In this document: positions 1 to 9,240 of the stretch, piece after piece | Layout: each line of letters starts with the position of its first letter | How positions within the stretch are numbered: position 1 is the first letter of the stretch | DNA from: an uncultured Candidatus Babeliaceae bacterium | GTDB lineage: Bacteria; Babelota; Babeliae; Babelales; Babelaceae | DNA length: 64,000 bases | Assembly (NCBI GenBank): GCA_963704655.1 | Contig: OY969927.1 | Location: 1,088,001 to 1,152,000, forward strand | Direction of reading: 5' to 3' | Made by a program: the position numbers and the translations under genes | Notes under the pieces: model-generated | Databases searched by the model: none | What the model was told of the DNA's origin: nothing | The model's input: the letters and a program-made list of their open reading frames with translations, nothing else

Positions 1-743
1 AAATCAATTGCTTTATCGGGCAAGAATCTATCAGGAATATTTTTTGCTGATAATTTTACTGCATCAACAAGGGCTTGGTCCTTAATGTGAATACCATGAT
101 GAAGTTCATAGCGTTCTTTTAACCCACGCAAGATAGAAATAGCATCTTCAACGCTTGGCTCTTCTACAAGAACTTTTTGAAACCGTCGTTCAAGTGCGGC
201 ATCTTTTTCAATATATTTTTTATATTCTTTCAATGTTGTTGCGCCAATGCAATGCAGCTGTCCGCGCGCAAGCGCAGGTTTTAAAAGATTTGAAGCGTCC
301 ATGCCGCCGCCGGCTGAACCTGCGCCGACGAGCATATGCAGTTCATCGATAAACAAGATAATATGATCTTGCTTTTCTTCGATTTCTTTTAAAATACCTT
401 TTAAGCGCTCTTCAAATTCGCCCTGATATTTAGCACCTGCAATAAGCAAGCCTAAATCTAAGGCGTAAATAGTACTGTTTTTTAAACTTTCTGGAACATC
501 GTTATTAATAATACGTTGAGCAATACCTTCAACTATTGCAGTTTTTCCAACGCCTGGTTCACCAATTAAAACGGGGTTATTTTTTGTTCGTCGTGATAAA
601 ATTTGTATAACGCGTCTAATTTCTTCATGTCTGCCGATTACTGGATCTAATAGACCACGCTGGGCCTGATCGGTAACATTTTGGCAAAAACGTTCTAAGA
701 AACTTTGTTGTTCTTGTTGTGGATTGACTTTGGCGCCATTCAT
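1..743 (-). CDS. clpB: ClpB/Hsp100 chaperone, 5' part, lacking the N-terminal domain; runs off the window edge
   Basis: Hand translation from ATG at 743 (RBS AGGTG): [68 protein letters not shown]; later [34 protein letters not shown]. Confidence 0.9.
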   Translation of the reverse strand, partial: MNGAKVNPQQEQQSFLERFCQNVTDQAQRGLLDPVIGRHEEIRRVIQILSRRTKNNPVLIGEPGVGKTAIVEGIAQRIINNDVPESLKNSTIYALDLGLLIAGAKYQGEFEERLKGILKEIEEKQDHIILFIDELHMLVGAGSAGGGMDASNLLKPALARGQLHCIGATTLKEYKKYIEKDAALERRFQKVLVEEPSVEDAISILRGLKERYELHHGIHIKDQALVDAVKLSAKNIPDRFLPDKAID

Positions 744-756
744 AAATCACCTGAAG

Positions 757-1176
757 TTAAATTTTAATTCGATCTAATATTTTTTTCATAACTTGATAAT
801 GCGCGGGAATTCTATCAGCAATTTCTATAGCTAATAATTCTCTATAAGAATGTGATGTTCGGTTTCTGTCTGCAACTAGTTCGGTTAATGTTTGGAACTC
901 TGCTGTTAATATTATTCCAATGCGTGCTGCCTGTCTAAAAGTTTGATATGACGATATTGATTCAAACGTGATGCCATGCTGATCTCTTAAAAGGGTATGT
1001 AATAATTTCCAAAAAATTTCTATTGTGAACTCGTATGTATGGATTAATGAATTGCGGGTTCGTTTTTTTATAATTAATTCATCTTTGTCTGAAAGATCGT
1101 TATAAGCTTCGATTTCTTCATTTAATCGTGCCATCGCGTTATGTGCATCGTGATAGAGATATATCAACTTTTCCAT
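757..1176 (-). CDS. HEPN-domain protein, HI0074 family (putative HepT-type RNase toxin)
   Basis: LIHTYEFTIEIFWKLL helix and intact RX4HXY motif (RNRTSHSY); overlaps the MNT gene. Confidence 0.85.
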   Translation of the reverse strand: MEKLIYLYHDAHNAMARLNEEIEAYNDLSDKDELIIKKRTRNSLIHTYEFTIEIFWKLLHTLLRDQHGITFESISSYQTFRQAARIGIILTAEFQTLTELVADRNRTSHSYRELLAIEIADRIPAHYQVMKKILDRIKI

Positions 1177-1478
1177 TCGATCCTGTAGGTAGCAATATCA
1201 TTACGATATTCTTCTGGCAACTCATAAAAGTCAGCGACTTCAATTTGTAGTGGGGTGCGTAAAGACTGCATGATAAGCTGCGCTTCATAAATTGCGCCGA
1301 TATCTGCCAATCTTTTTCCACAATCGATTGCAATATCTAAATCAGAGCCTTGAGAAAATCTACCTCGGGCGCGCGATCCATAAAGGTAGATTTTACATCC
1401 AGGGAAAAGAGTTTTTAAAATGCTAATAATTTTTGTTTTTAGTTCTTCTGGTATGCCGGTATCGATAGCTTTGGTCAT
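1164..1478 (-). CDS. Minimal nucleotidyltransferase (MNT, MntA-type antitoxin)
   Basis: YGSRARGRFSQGSDLD matches GSX10DXD; 104 aa. Confidence 0.9.
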   Translation of the reverse strand: MTKAIDTGIPEELKTKIISILKTLFPGCKIYLYGSRARGRFSQGSDLDIAIDCGKRLADIGAIYEAQLIMQSLRTPLQIEVADFYELPEEYRNDIATYRIEWKS

Positions 1479-1486
1479 GATGCCTC

Positions 1487-1942
1487 TTAAGGTTTAATCT
1501 CGCTTATTATAGTTTGCATCGTTTCTATATATGTTTCAAGATTGTGAATAAGAGGGATTTCGGCTAAAGATGGTGAGATATTTAATAAATGTGGTTTAAC
1601 TGGATGTGTTGTTGGCGGAACTTCATGATGTGATGTAAGAGTAGACTCTTTCTCTTTTGCCGCCTGAAGTAAAATTTTAGTGTCATGTTCATCTAGAAAG
1701 CCAGCTTTATGGGCATTGGTAATTATTTCATGTGGGTTTTTGCCACTTGCAAAATTTTTGTGGTTTTTTGCAAGATATTCTGCAATTAAATCGCAAAATG
1801 CTTGGAATGTTTTTGAAAATGCTTGCACTAATGCTTGAGCATGTTCAGGTGTTTGTTCATGCTGCTCATAGTCATTTGCAGCTTTTTCTAGGTTTAATAA
1901 CAATAATTGAACTTCAGCATATTTTTTTGACAAATTTTCCAT
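1487..1942 (-). CDS. Degenerate HI0074/HEPN-like protein
   Basis: LVQAFSKTFQAFCDLIAEYL...PHEIITNAHKAGFL mirrors the HI0074 helices; no RX4H motif. Confidence 0.55.
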   Translation of the reverse strand: MENLSKKYAEVQLLLLNLEKAANDYEQHEQTPEHAQALVQAFSKTFQAFCDLIAEYLAKNHKNFASGKNPHEIITNAHKAGFLDEHDTKILLQAAKEKESTLTSHHEVPPTTHPVKPHLLNISPSLAEIPLIHNLETYIETMQTIISEIKP

Positions 1943-2010
1943 AATTAGCCCTTTTTACGTACAAGCTTTTTGTAGAAAGTATTGCTTTACTCTAGAGCAC
2001 GCGTCAAGGA

Positions 2011-3303
2011 TTATTCAGAATCTATTTTTGGGTGTGAGCTATCAAATGTCTTTTTTGACCGCTTAAGGGTATGGTAGCTTACGGCAAAATGGTGCGCATA
2101 ATCACGCATGGCGATTAATAATTTACCAAGTTCAGTATGTAAATCTAATACTATGCCTTCAGGGTGTAATGGGGTATAAAGCCGCTCTTCACGCTTTGCA
2201 AGTGATATAAAAATTTTATCAGGAAAGATATCTTTTACGGCGTTTAGTTGTCCCTTGCCGCCGTCGATAAGAATAACATCAGGAAAATCGTCTACTTTAT
2301 AACGTCGAGAAACTACCTCGTGCAATGCCGCGTAATCGTTCTGTTGGGTAATGGTTTTAATAGCAAAGCGTCTAAACTTGTTTTTATCCGGTTTGCCGTC
2401 GGTAAATCTAATGCAAGAACCCACTAAAGCAACACTTTGAAAATGCGAAATATCAAAGCAGTCCATCGAGTGAGGCAGTTCTTTTAAGCGCAAAAGATCT
2501 TTAAGTTCATAAAAGCCTTTTGTATAATCCGCCTGATTAAATTTTGGCAATAATGCTTGGGTAATTTCTGGGGTGTATTTACGTTCAGTAAAACGGGTTT
2601 TGAGCGTATCAAAGATAATATTAATATGGGTAATATAGTCGGCAATATTGCGTGCTTTTTCAAACTCGTAATGTTTATTGTATTCTTGTAAAAGATCTTG
2701 CAGCGAGGCTATAGTTTTCTGGTAATCGCCTTCTAAAAAAAGCTTTGCAAGTTCTAGGCGCGCATCATAATCTTTTTGCTGAAAGTTCGGCGCACAGTTT
2801 CCTGCACATTTATTCAGGTGATAGTTCAGGCACCCGCCTTTAATTTTTGCAGTACAGAGCTGTAGTTTAAAAGTTCGTGTTAAATATTCAAAGCACCTGC
2901 GGGCATCATTTTTATGGATAAATGGGCCGAAATAGCTGCCTTTTTCTTTTTTTATCCGCACAATTTTAAGTAATTTTGGTTCGGTATCAGTAAACAGAAG
3001 ATAGACAAACGGGTTGCCAGATTTGAGCAGAACATTATATTTTGGCTGATATTTTTTAATCAGTTGAGCTTCTAGTAAAAGAGCTTCAAGTTCATTTTGG
3101 GTAACAATATGTTCAATGAGGGCATGCTCTTTTATCAGCGCATCGATTTTCCAATCACTTAGCTGTTTTCTGAAATATGAACCCACGCGCCGCTTAATAT
3201 CTTTGGCTTTGCCGACATACAAAATATCATTATTGATATTTTTAAAAATATATACGCCCGGCAAATGGGGCAAATGCGCATGTGGCGAATCTGAAGATTT
3301 CAT
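2011..3303 (-). CDS. uvrC: Excinuclease ABC subunit C, short form
   Basis: GIY-YIG domain (PGVYIF..LYVGKAK), Cys cluster, CFDISH, DYAALHEV, LIDGGKGQL, RDYAHHFA. Confidence 0.93.
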   Translation of the reverse strand: MKSSDSPHAHLPHLPGVYIFKNINNDILYVGKAKDIKRRVGSYFRKQLSDWKIDALIKEHALIEHIVTQNELEALLLEAQLIKKYQPKYNVLLKSGNPFVYLLFTDTEPKLLKIVRIKKEKGSYFGPFIHKNDARRCFEYLTRTFKLQLCTAKIKGGCLNYHLNKCAGNCAPNFQQKDYDARLELAKLFLEGDYQKTIASLQDLLQEYNKHYEFEKARNIADYITHINIIFDTLKTRFTERKYTPEITQALLPKFNQADYTKGFYELKDLLRLKELPHSMDCFDISHFQSVALVGSCIRFTDGKPDKNKFRRFAIKTITQQNDYAALHEVVSRRYKVDDFPDVILIDGGKGQLNAVKDIFPDKIFISLAKREERLYTPLHPEGIVLDLHTELGKLLIAMRDYAHHFAVSYHTLKRSKKTFDSSHPKIDSE

Positions 3304-3374
3304 AAACTTTCACTCCCTGATTATATTTTCTAGTATAACATATAATTTTCAGGGGAGATATTGTAATAATTTTT

Positions 3375-5171
3375 TTAAACTTTGCGCTTAAACGTTTTTT
3401 CAAGTTCATACTGCGAAATTACCCAGGTTGTTGGGCGGCCGTGTGGACACGTAAGCCGGTGTTCAGTTTTATACAGTGAGTTTAAAAGTTCTTCAATTTG
3501 TAAGGTTGAAAGTTCATCTCCTGCTTTAACTGCTGCCTTGCAAGCCATCATAGCATAAAGCTTTTTAGTGATTTTTGTGTTCCACGTTTCTGTATTTACC
3601 GTAGAATTTTCATGTATCCACGAAAGTATGTCGTGCACTAAATCTTTTAGGGGATAATTTTTTATATGCAGGGGTGTCTCTGTTACCGCGATAGCCGTGT
3701 CACTTGCCGACTCGATATGAATTCCGATTTTATTTAATTCAGAAATTAACGATAAAAGAATTTTTTGATCTTCGGCAACTACTGGTATTATTTCTGGAAA
3801 TAAAAGTTGCATACGGGCAACCTCGTTTGTTTTTGAACTAAATTGTTCATAGAGTACAGACTCATGCGCGGCATGTTGGTCGACAATCAAAAGACCTTCT
3901 GCGGTTTCGAGCAGCAAGTAAGTTTTTAATAATTGCCCAATTACCGTGTAGTTCTGCTCTTTTTTTATTTCTGTTTTTGCAAAATGCGCAATTGGTTGCT
4001 GAACTTCTGGAATAAATACAGGCGTTGGTGTCCAGATATTTTCTGGCCGTGGTTCAAAAGTAAGCGGCTTTGCCGGCTGGTGCATTTCTGCGTAAGCAGC
4101 ATATGTGGGATAACGTACTGTCTCTGGTGCTGAATAAGCTTGAGTTGAAGACTGAGCCGTTTGAACACGGTTAGCAGTTTCTGCCTCAAGTCTTTTTTGT
4201 ACCATTTTTTCAACCGTAAGCTCAACAAGGCGCGGGTGCAAAAAGACAACTTCTTCTTTGCGCGGGTGCACATTAATATCAACTTCGTTTTGCGGAAGTT
4301 CGATAAAAATTATTCCAGCAGGGTGTCTGTTTGGTGGCATAACATTTTGAAAGCCCTTGTTAAAGGCTTGCCCTAATTTATAATTTTTAACCCACCGTTT
4401 GTTAACAAAGAAAAATTGTTGGTTTCTGTCATAACGCTGATATTGGTAATGCGTAATGCCTCCAGAAATAGTAATATTATTTTTTGGGTCGTTATTCGCG
4501 CATTCAAGAAATTGCTCAGAAAAGTTGCGGTCAAAGATCTGTGCAACACGTTCGGGCAAAGAATCGGTAGCATAGGTGGTCAGAACTTGTTGATTGTCAT
4601 GATACAGCGTAAAAGCCACATGTTTGTGCGCCAGGGCAATTGCTTGAACAAGGGTAAAGATCGCGCGCCATTCTGTTTCACGTGTTTTGAGAAATTTTTT
4701 TCTTACCGGCACGTTATCAAAGATATTATTAATCGCTATATCAGTTCCGGGCTGTCGTGAAATAATCTCAGTGTTTTTTAATGTGCCATAATGAAACGTT
4801 AGTTTTACCCCATGCTCTTGATTATGCATTTGCGTTTCTAGGGTCATATTACTTACCGCGCAAATGCTTGAAAGCGCTTCGCCACGAAAACCAAATGTTT
4901 TAATAGTTTCTAAATCTTCTATGGTAGTAAGTTTGCTGGTTGCATGGTGTTCAACACTCATGAGCGCATCTTCTTGCGTCATGCCGCAGCCATTATCTAC
5001 GCAACGGATAGATTGCCTGCCTCCATCTTGCGCATACAGAGTTATCTGTGTGGCGCCAGCATCTAAAGAGTTTTCTAGCAGCTCTTTTACGATATTATAA
5101 GGCCGTTCGACAACTTCGCCGGCAGCAATTTTTTGAGCCTCAAAAGAGGACAATTTGTGTATAATTCCCAT
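3375..5171 (-). CDS. mutL: DNA mismatch repair endonuclease MutL
   Basis: IAAGEVVERP, KELLENSLDAGA, FGFRGEAL, DQHAAHESVLYE, ACKAAVK, CPHGRP. Confidence 0.97.
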   Translation of the reverse strand: MGIIHKLSSFEAQKIAAGEVVERPYNIVKELLENSLDAGATQITLYAQDGGRQSIRCVDNGCGMTQEDALMSVEHHATSKLTTIEDLETIKTFGFRGEALSSICAVSNMTLETQMHNQEHGVKLTFHYGTLKNTEIISRQPGTDIAINNIFDNVPVRKKFLKTRETEWRAIFTLVQAIALAHKHVAFTLYHDNQQVLTTYATDSLPERVAQIFDRNFSEQFLECANNDPKNNITISGGITHYQYQRYDRNQQFFFVNKRWVKNYKLGQAFNKGFQNVMPPNRHPAGIIFIELPQNEVDINVHPRKEEVVFLHPRLVELTVEKMVQKRLEAETANRVQTAQSSTQAYSAPETVRYPTYAAYAEMHQPAKPLTFEPRPENIWTPTPVFIPEVQQPIAHFAKTEIKKEQNYTVIGQLLKTYLLLETAEGLLIVDQHAAHESVLYEQFSSKTNEVARMQLLFPEIIPVVAEDQKILLSLISELNKIGIHIESASDTAIAVTETPLHIKNYPLKDLVHDILSWIHENSTVNTETWNTKITKKLYAMMACKAAVKAGDELSTLQIEELLNSLYKTEHRLTCPHGRPTTWVISQYELEKTFKRKV

Positions 5172-5203
5172 GGTTTTTAGTATACGGGGAATTTAACTTT
5201 GCG

Positions 5204-5644
5204 CTATCCAAGCGTAAACAATAGTTCTTTGTTTTCTTGAGTGCTTTTCTTAAGGGTAAACTTTTTCAGTGCGTTATTTTTTGAACACGCTTCTAGCATG
5301 CTCACCATAGCAGTATTATTTTGTGCCCGGCAGGTAATAGTTGAGCCTGTTTTAGTGTATTCAAGCTTTTCGATTTTTACACTCGGGGGCATAATCTCTA
5401 ATAATGCATTAAAAATGGCATAAAGTTCTTGTTTGTCGATTTCTTGAATAACAGAAAGCAGTTGCGCACTAGCTTTTGTTTCTTGATGTTCTTGTGCGCA
5501 TGTAGCTTTAACTTTTTGCTGCGTTACCCAGAGTTTATAGTAATAAAACGCATGTGTTGCCGTGAGGGCCACAAGTAAACTCGCGATTAAAAAATAGCTT
5601 GTTTGCTTCCAGTTGTTGTAGCGTATAAAGTGAATGTTTGTCAT
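5204..5644 (-). CDS. PilN-like bitopic membrane protein
   Basis: N-terminal TM, coiled segment, then LLEIMPPSVKIEKLEY..TITCRA pattern typical of PilN. Confidence 0.45.
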   Translation of the reverse strand: MTNIHFIRYNNWKQTSYFLIASLLVALTATHAFYYYKLWVTQQKVKATCAQEHQETKASAQLLSVIQEIDKQELYAIFNALLEIMPPSVKIEKLEYTKTGSTITCRAQNNTAMVSMLEACSKNNALKKFTLKKSTQENKELLFTLG

Positions 5645-6504
5645 AAGCTTCCTGTAATTACACGGTTTTTTCCATAAAGATCTTTATGGGTAACTATGTC
5701 TTTGTATCCAAATTTTTTAAAAATGGCCGTTACGTGCTCTGCTTGTGATTCACCTATCTCTATCCACAGCTGTGGCACATTACTAAGCTGCGTATCTAAA
5801 TAGTTTGGCGCAGTTGAGATTATCCGTTCTATAATTTCTAGGCCATTATTATGTGCAACAAGTGCTTGGGGGGATTCCCAATTTTTTACGCGCGGTTCAA
5901 GTTCGTGCCATTCTTGTTGGGTTATATAGGGCGGATTTGCGGTTATCACGCAATATTTTTTATCTTTTGGTAATTTTGCAAAAAGATCAGATTCTATAAT
6001 TTCGCAGTTTTTGATACCGTTACTGTTTTTATTTTCTGTAATAAGTTCACATGCTTGTGGGTTAATATCAAGCGCGGTAACATCTGCCGCTGGAAATGCA
6101 TGCGCGATGCTTAATGCTATGCAGCCGGTGCCGCTGCATAAGTCTAGAAGATTAAAATTTTTTATAGCTTGTGCTTTAATGTGCGAAATAAGTTCTTGGC
6201 ACCACTGTTCTGTTTCAGGGCGCGGGATTAAAATGGGTGCTTGCACCGTGATTTCGATATCAAGAAATGGCACTGAGCCAAGTATATATTGCACGGGCAT
6301 ATGCTCATCAACAATTTGGATTATCCAATGTTCAATTTTTTGTTGAGCTTCTTCGGAAATGTTTTTTGTTAGTAGGAGTTCTGTGCGTGTTTTTTGTGTC
6401 GCTTTTTGAATGAGCCACCAGGCTACTTGCGTCGCTGTTTGCTGGTCATCGTAGGCAGAGAGTAACTTTTTTACGTAGAGTGTAAGGGCTGTTGAAATGT
6501 TCAT
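5641..6504 (-). CDS. prmC: Release factor glutamine methyltransferase
   Basis: PVQYILG, LIPRPETE, LDLCSGTGCI, NPPY; start may be 6504 or 6522. Confidence 0.95.
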   Translation of the reverse strand: MNISTALTLYVKKLLSAYDDQQTATQVAWWLIQKATQKTRTELLLTKNISEEAQQKIEHWIIQIVDEHMPVQYILGSVPFLDIEITVQAPILIPRPETEQWCQELISHIKAQAIKNFNLLDLCSGTGCIALSIAHAFPAADVTALDINPQACELITENKNSNGIKNCEIIESDLFAKLPKDKKYCVITANPPYITQQEWHELEPRVKNWESPQALVAHNNGLEIIERIISTAPNYLDTQLSNVPQLWIEIGESQAEHVTAIFKKFGYKDIVTHKDLYGKNRVITGSL

Positions 6505-6601
6505 AGTTGCAAGTATGCACATATTTGCTTCTTTTTTCTATAGTTTATTGTAAGCTAGGCTGATTTGTTTTCTGTTATTTTTGCAGATAAAGGGTTAGAT
6601 C

Positions 6602-6871
6602 ATGAAATATGTAGTTTACGTAGTTAATGTGAGTTTATTGCTTTTTCCATATATTTCTCTTGCAAATAGGCCTGAAGATGTTAATGTGCGCATTGAAATG
6701 AATAAGCTTCAAGCAGTTAAGAAGCCAGTTGTTAAGAAACTAGATATAGCTTTTAGGGATCTTACTTTGTCAGAAATGTTTGAGTATTTAAGAAAGATAG
6801 AGCATCCAGAGATGTTTGAGAGCAGTCCCGTAGAAAAAAGATGCTGGCTGTTACGAATATTTGGTCATTAA
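6602..6871 (+). CDS. Hypothetical protein with possible signal peptide
   Basis: 89 aa ORF with hydrophobic N-terminus ending SLA. Confidence 0.55.
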   Translation: MKYVVYVVNVSLLLFPYISLANRPEDVNVRIEMNKLQAVKKPVVKKLDIAFRDLTLSEMFEYLRKIEHPEMFESSPVEKRCWLLRIFGH

Positions 6872-7737
6872 GAGTTTAGTATTTTTGAAACAAATTCTTT
6901 GTGGTCAAATCTGTTTATTTGATCAACTTGTTCACCAAAAGTTACATAAGCGATCGGTATTTTAAGCGTATCGACAATGCTAAAAACGATGCCACCTTTT
7001 CCGGTTCCGTCAGTTTTGGTAAGAATAATACCATCAAGCTTGGTTGATTCGTTAAAGAGTTTAGCCTGTTCAAGCGAATTTTGCCCGAGCATGCTATCTA
7101 TAACCAAAAGAGTAGTTATCGGTGTTTCAGGAAGTTGTTTACTGATAGTGCGATGGATTTTTTCGAGCTCTTTCATAAGATGCGTTTTAGTTTGCAGACG
7201 TCCTGCGGTGTCGATAATTAGTCTATAGTAGCCGCCTTTCTTATATTCAGCGCATGCTTGAAAAACTACTGAACTTGGGTCCTGATTAGTTATTCCCGTA
7301 ATAAGGGGAACATCTAAACGCTCGGCCCAGAGTTTGAGCTGTTCAACTGCCGCTGCACGAAACGTGTCTGCTGCTGCCAAAAGTACCGATTGTTTTTTTT
7401 GTTTAAAAAAGTTGGCCAGTTTGGCGGCACTGGTGGTTTTGCCCCCGCCGTTTATGCCCACTAAAACAATAACGCTATTGTCTTGTTGATAAACTGCTTG
7501 TTCTAAAAGTTCATTGAGCGTATCGGTGAGTGCATCTTGGGCGTTAGTTTTTTGAGACTGTTTTAGTTTTTGAATAATTTTTTGGGTGGTGGCAACGCCG
7601 GTGTCTGATTCTAGAAGAATTTTTTCAAGTTTTTGTAAGCTTTGTTCATCAAATTTTCCTGAGGAAAAGAGTGAACTGATGCTTGTAGAAAAGGTGTTGT
7701 AAAGTGAGCTAAATGCTGAAGATATTCTTTTAAACAT
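6868..7737 (-). CDS. ftsY: SRP receptor FtsY
   Basis: GINGGGKTT, AADTFRAAAVEQL, IDTAGR, TKTDGTGKGG. Confidence 0.96.
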   Translation of the reverse strand: MFKRISSAFSSLYNTFSTSISSLFSSGKFDEQSLQKLEKILLESDTGVATTQKIIQKLKQSQKTNAQDALTDTLNELLEQAVYQQDNSVIVLVGINGGGKTTSAAKLANFFKQKKQSVLLAAADTFRAAAVEQLKLWAERLDVPLITGITNQDPSSVVFQACAEYKKGGYYRLIIDTAGRLQTKTHLMKELEKIHRTISKQLPETPITTLLVIDSMLGQNSLEQAKLFNESTKLDGIILTKTDGTGKGGIVFSIVDTLKIPIAYVTFGEQVDQINRFDHKEFVSKILNS

Positions 7738-7750
7738 AGAGACTAATTTC

Positions 7751-7870
7751 GCCGCTCAAATGGATTCGACTACGCTCACCACGAGCGGCCGCTCACCCTG
7801 ATACTTCGACTACCTCAGTACCGGGGGCCCGCCTGCCCGCCGGAGCCTTGGCGCAGTCCGGGTCGAAGGG
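7751..7870. repeat. Nested GC-rich palindromic intergenic repeat, copy A
   Basis: CCGCTCACCCTGA...GTCGAAGGG shell with inner TTCGACTACCTCA and CCTGCCCGCCGGAGCCTTGGCGCAG; same layout at 26231-26321. Confidence 0.85.
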
Positions 7871-7890
7871 TTGGGTATTAACTTATACTT

Positions 7891-8487
7891 TTAGTATATA
7901 AAGGCTTCGATTCTTTGTAAAAAAATCTTTAATTTTCGATAATCATCATGGGTCAGTAAACAAAAAATATCAATAATCTCTTGGATAGTTTCTTTATCGA
8001 GTGCTTGATGCTCATGCCCATTGCGCAAAAGCGCAATTAAAAGTTCATCAAAAAGTGGGTTTTGTTGCGCAAGATTAAAAAATGTTACTACCCATTGTGA
8101 GTGAGCAAAGAATGCTTTCAACTCTTGCGCGGTGCATGATTGTGCAAAGGCATGAATAGGGGCCGGCCGTTTGGGAATTTCGTATACAAAATGCTGGTTG
8201 TTTGAATAACTTAACGGTATTGCTGTAATGGTTGTTTGTAATAGTTGAAAGATATGCGGCTGTTCCTGCTTGAGCGCTTCAATAGTTTTTCCAAAAGCAA
8301 ATGGCGCGCGCCCGGTGTCTTTTGGGCCTGTTTTTATGTCGCAAATAACCCCAAAATGCTGATTATTGTCATAGTTTGTTTGGATAATCGCCCCAAATGG
8401 TGGATAGTCTTCAAGTTGCCATGATTGAATGGTCCAGCTGGTTAAGCTGCTTTCGATTATTTCTCCAAAGACTAATTGGCTGTTCAT
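7891..8487 (-). CDS. Stand-alone HAS-barrel domain protein
   Basis: PPFGA, LKQEQPHIFQLLQT, PKRPAPIH, DELLIA and DDYRKL match the stand-alone HAS-barrel family as I recall it. Confidence 0.75.
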   Translation of the reverse strand: MNSQLVFGEIIESSLTSWTIQSWQLEDYPPFGAIIQTNYDNNQHFGVICDIKTGPKDTGRAPFAFGKTIEALKQEQPHIFQLLQTTITAIPLSYSNNQHFVYEIPKRPAPIHAFAQSCTAQELKAFFAHSQWVVTFFNLAQQNPLFDELLIALLRNGHEHQALDKETIQEIIDIFCLLTHDDYRKLKIFLQRIEAFIY

Positions 8488-9143
8488 AGTTCAAAAAGCT
8501 CAAGTTGGGCGTCTTGCTGGGCTAAAAGCGCCTGTTGGTAGTTCTTCAAAAATGAAACACGGTGAATAGGTGAGCTGCCCTGAGCATAAAGAGCATCGTA
8601 ATGGATTTTTGTTGCGTATCCTTTGTGTTCTTCTAGATGATAACCTGGAAAGCTTACTGCAAGGCGCCTCATGATGCGGTCCCGGGTGACTTTAGCAATA
8701 ATCGAAGCTGCGGCAATAGAGATAGACTCTTTTTCTCCTTTAACCATGCTGATAACAGTACAGTTTATTGAAGGAAGTTTCATGGCATCCACAAGAACAA
8801 CTGTTGGGGCAATAGGCGCTACGGCACATAATTGATAATAGGCTCTACACATACTGATCTGTGTTGCTTTGTAGATATTGTGCTGATCTATGCTTCGATG
8901 ATCGATAATACTAACTGAAAAGATGCTATTTTTCATGAGCCAACTATAGGCTTTTTCAAGTTGTTTTTCATTTAAAAGCTTAGAATCTTTTATAAGTGAA
9001 TTTTTTTTAGTTGACTTTAAGATGGCCGCCGCGGTCACAACAGGTCCTGCCAGGCACCCCCTGCCGACCTCGTCAATGCCGCACAGGATCTTATTATCCA
9101 GAGAATTTTGCTTCTCGAAATGGTTTTTTGAGATATTTTTCAT
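8484..9143 (-). CDS. rnhB: Ribonuclease HII
   Basis: GIDEVGRGCLAGPV, DSKLL, IAAASIIAKVTRD, HKGYAT. Confidence 0.96.
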   Translation of the reverse strand: MKNISKNHFEKQNSLDNKILCGIDEVGRGCLAGPVVTAAAILKSTKKNSLIKDSKLLNEKQLEKAYSWLMKNSIFSVSIIDHRSIDQHNIYKATQISMCRAYYQLCAVAPIAPTVVLVDAMKLPSINCTVISMVKGEKESISIAAASIIAKVTRDRIMRRLAVSFPGYHLEEHKGYATKIHYDALYAQGSSPIHRVSFLKNYQQALLAQQDAQLELFEL

Positions 9144-9171
9144 TTGACAAATATTTTTATTTCAGTACTAT
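9144..9171 (+). promoter_or_regulatory. Putative sigma70 promoter of the XRE gene
   Basis: TTGACA-16 nt-TACTAT upstream of a GGAG RBS. Confidence 0.45.
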
Positions 9172-9240
9172 TAGAATAAATTAGATTATTATATTTACAG
9201 TAGCACGTTTTTTAAAAAAAGACGATAGAAGGAGTTCGCT

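Noticed and set aside
155-352. Short plus-strand ORF and many similar 60-170 aa antisense ORFs (e.g. 4416, 18514, 35357, 45476, 46553)
   Set aside because: Shadows of well-supported genes on the opposite strand or in another frame, with no motifs
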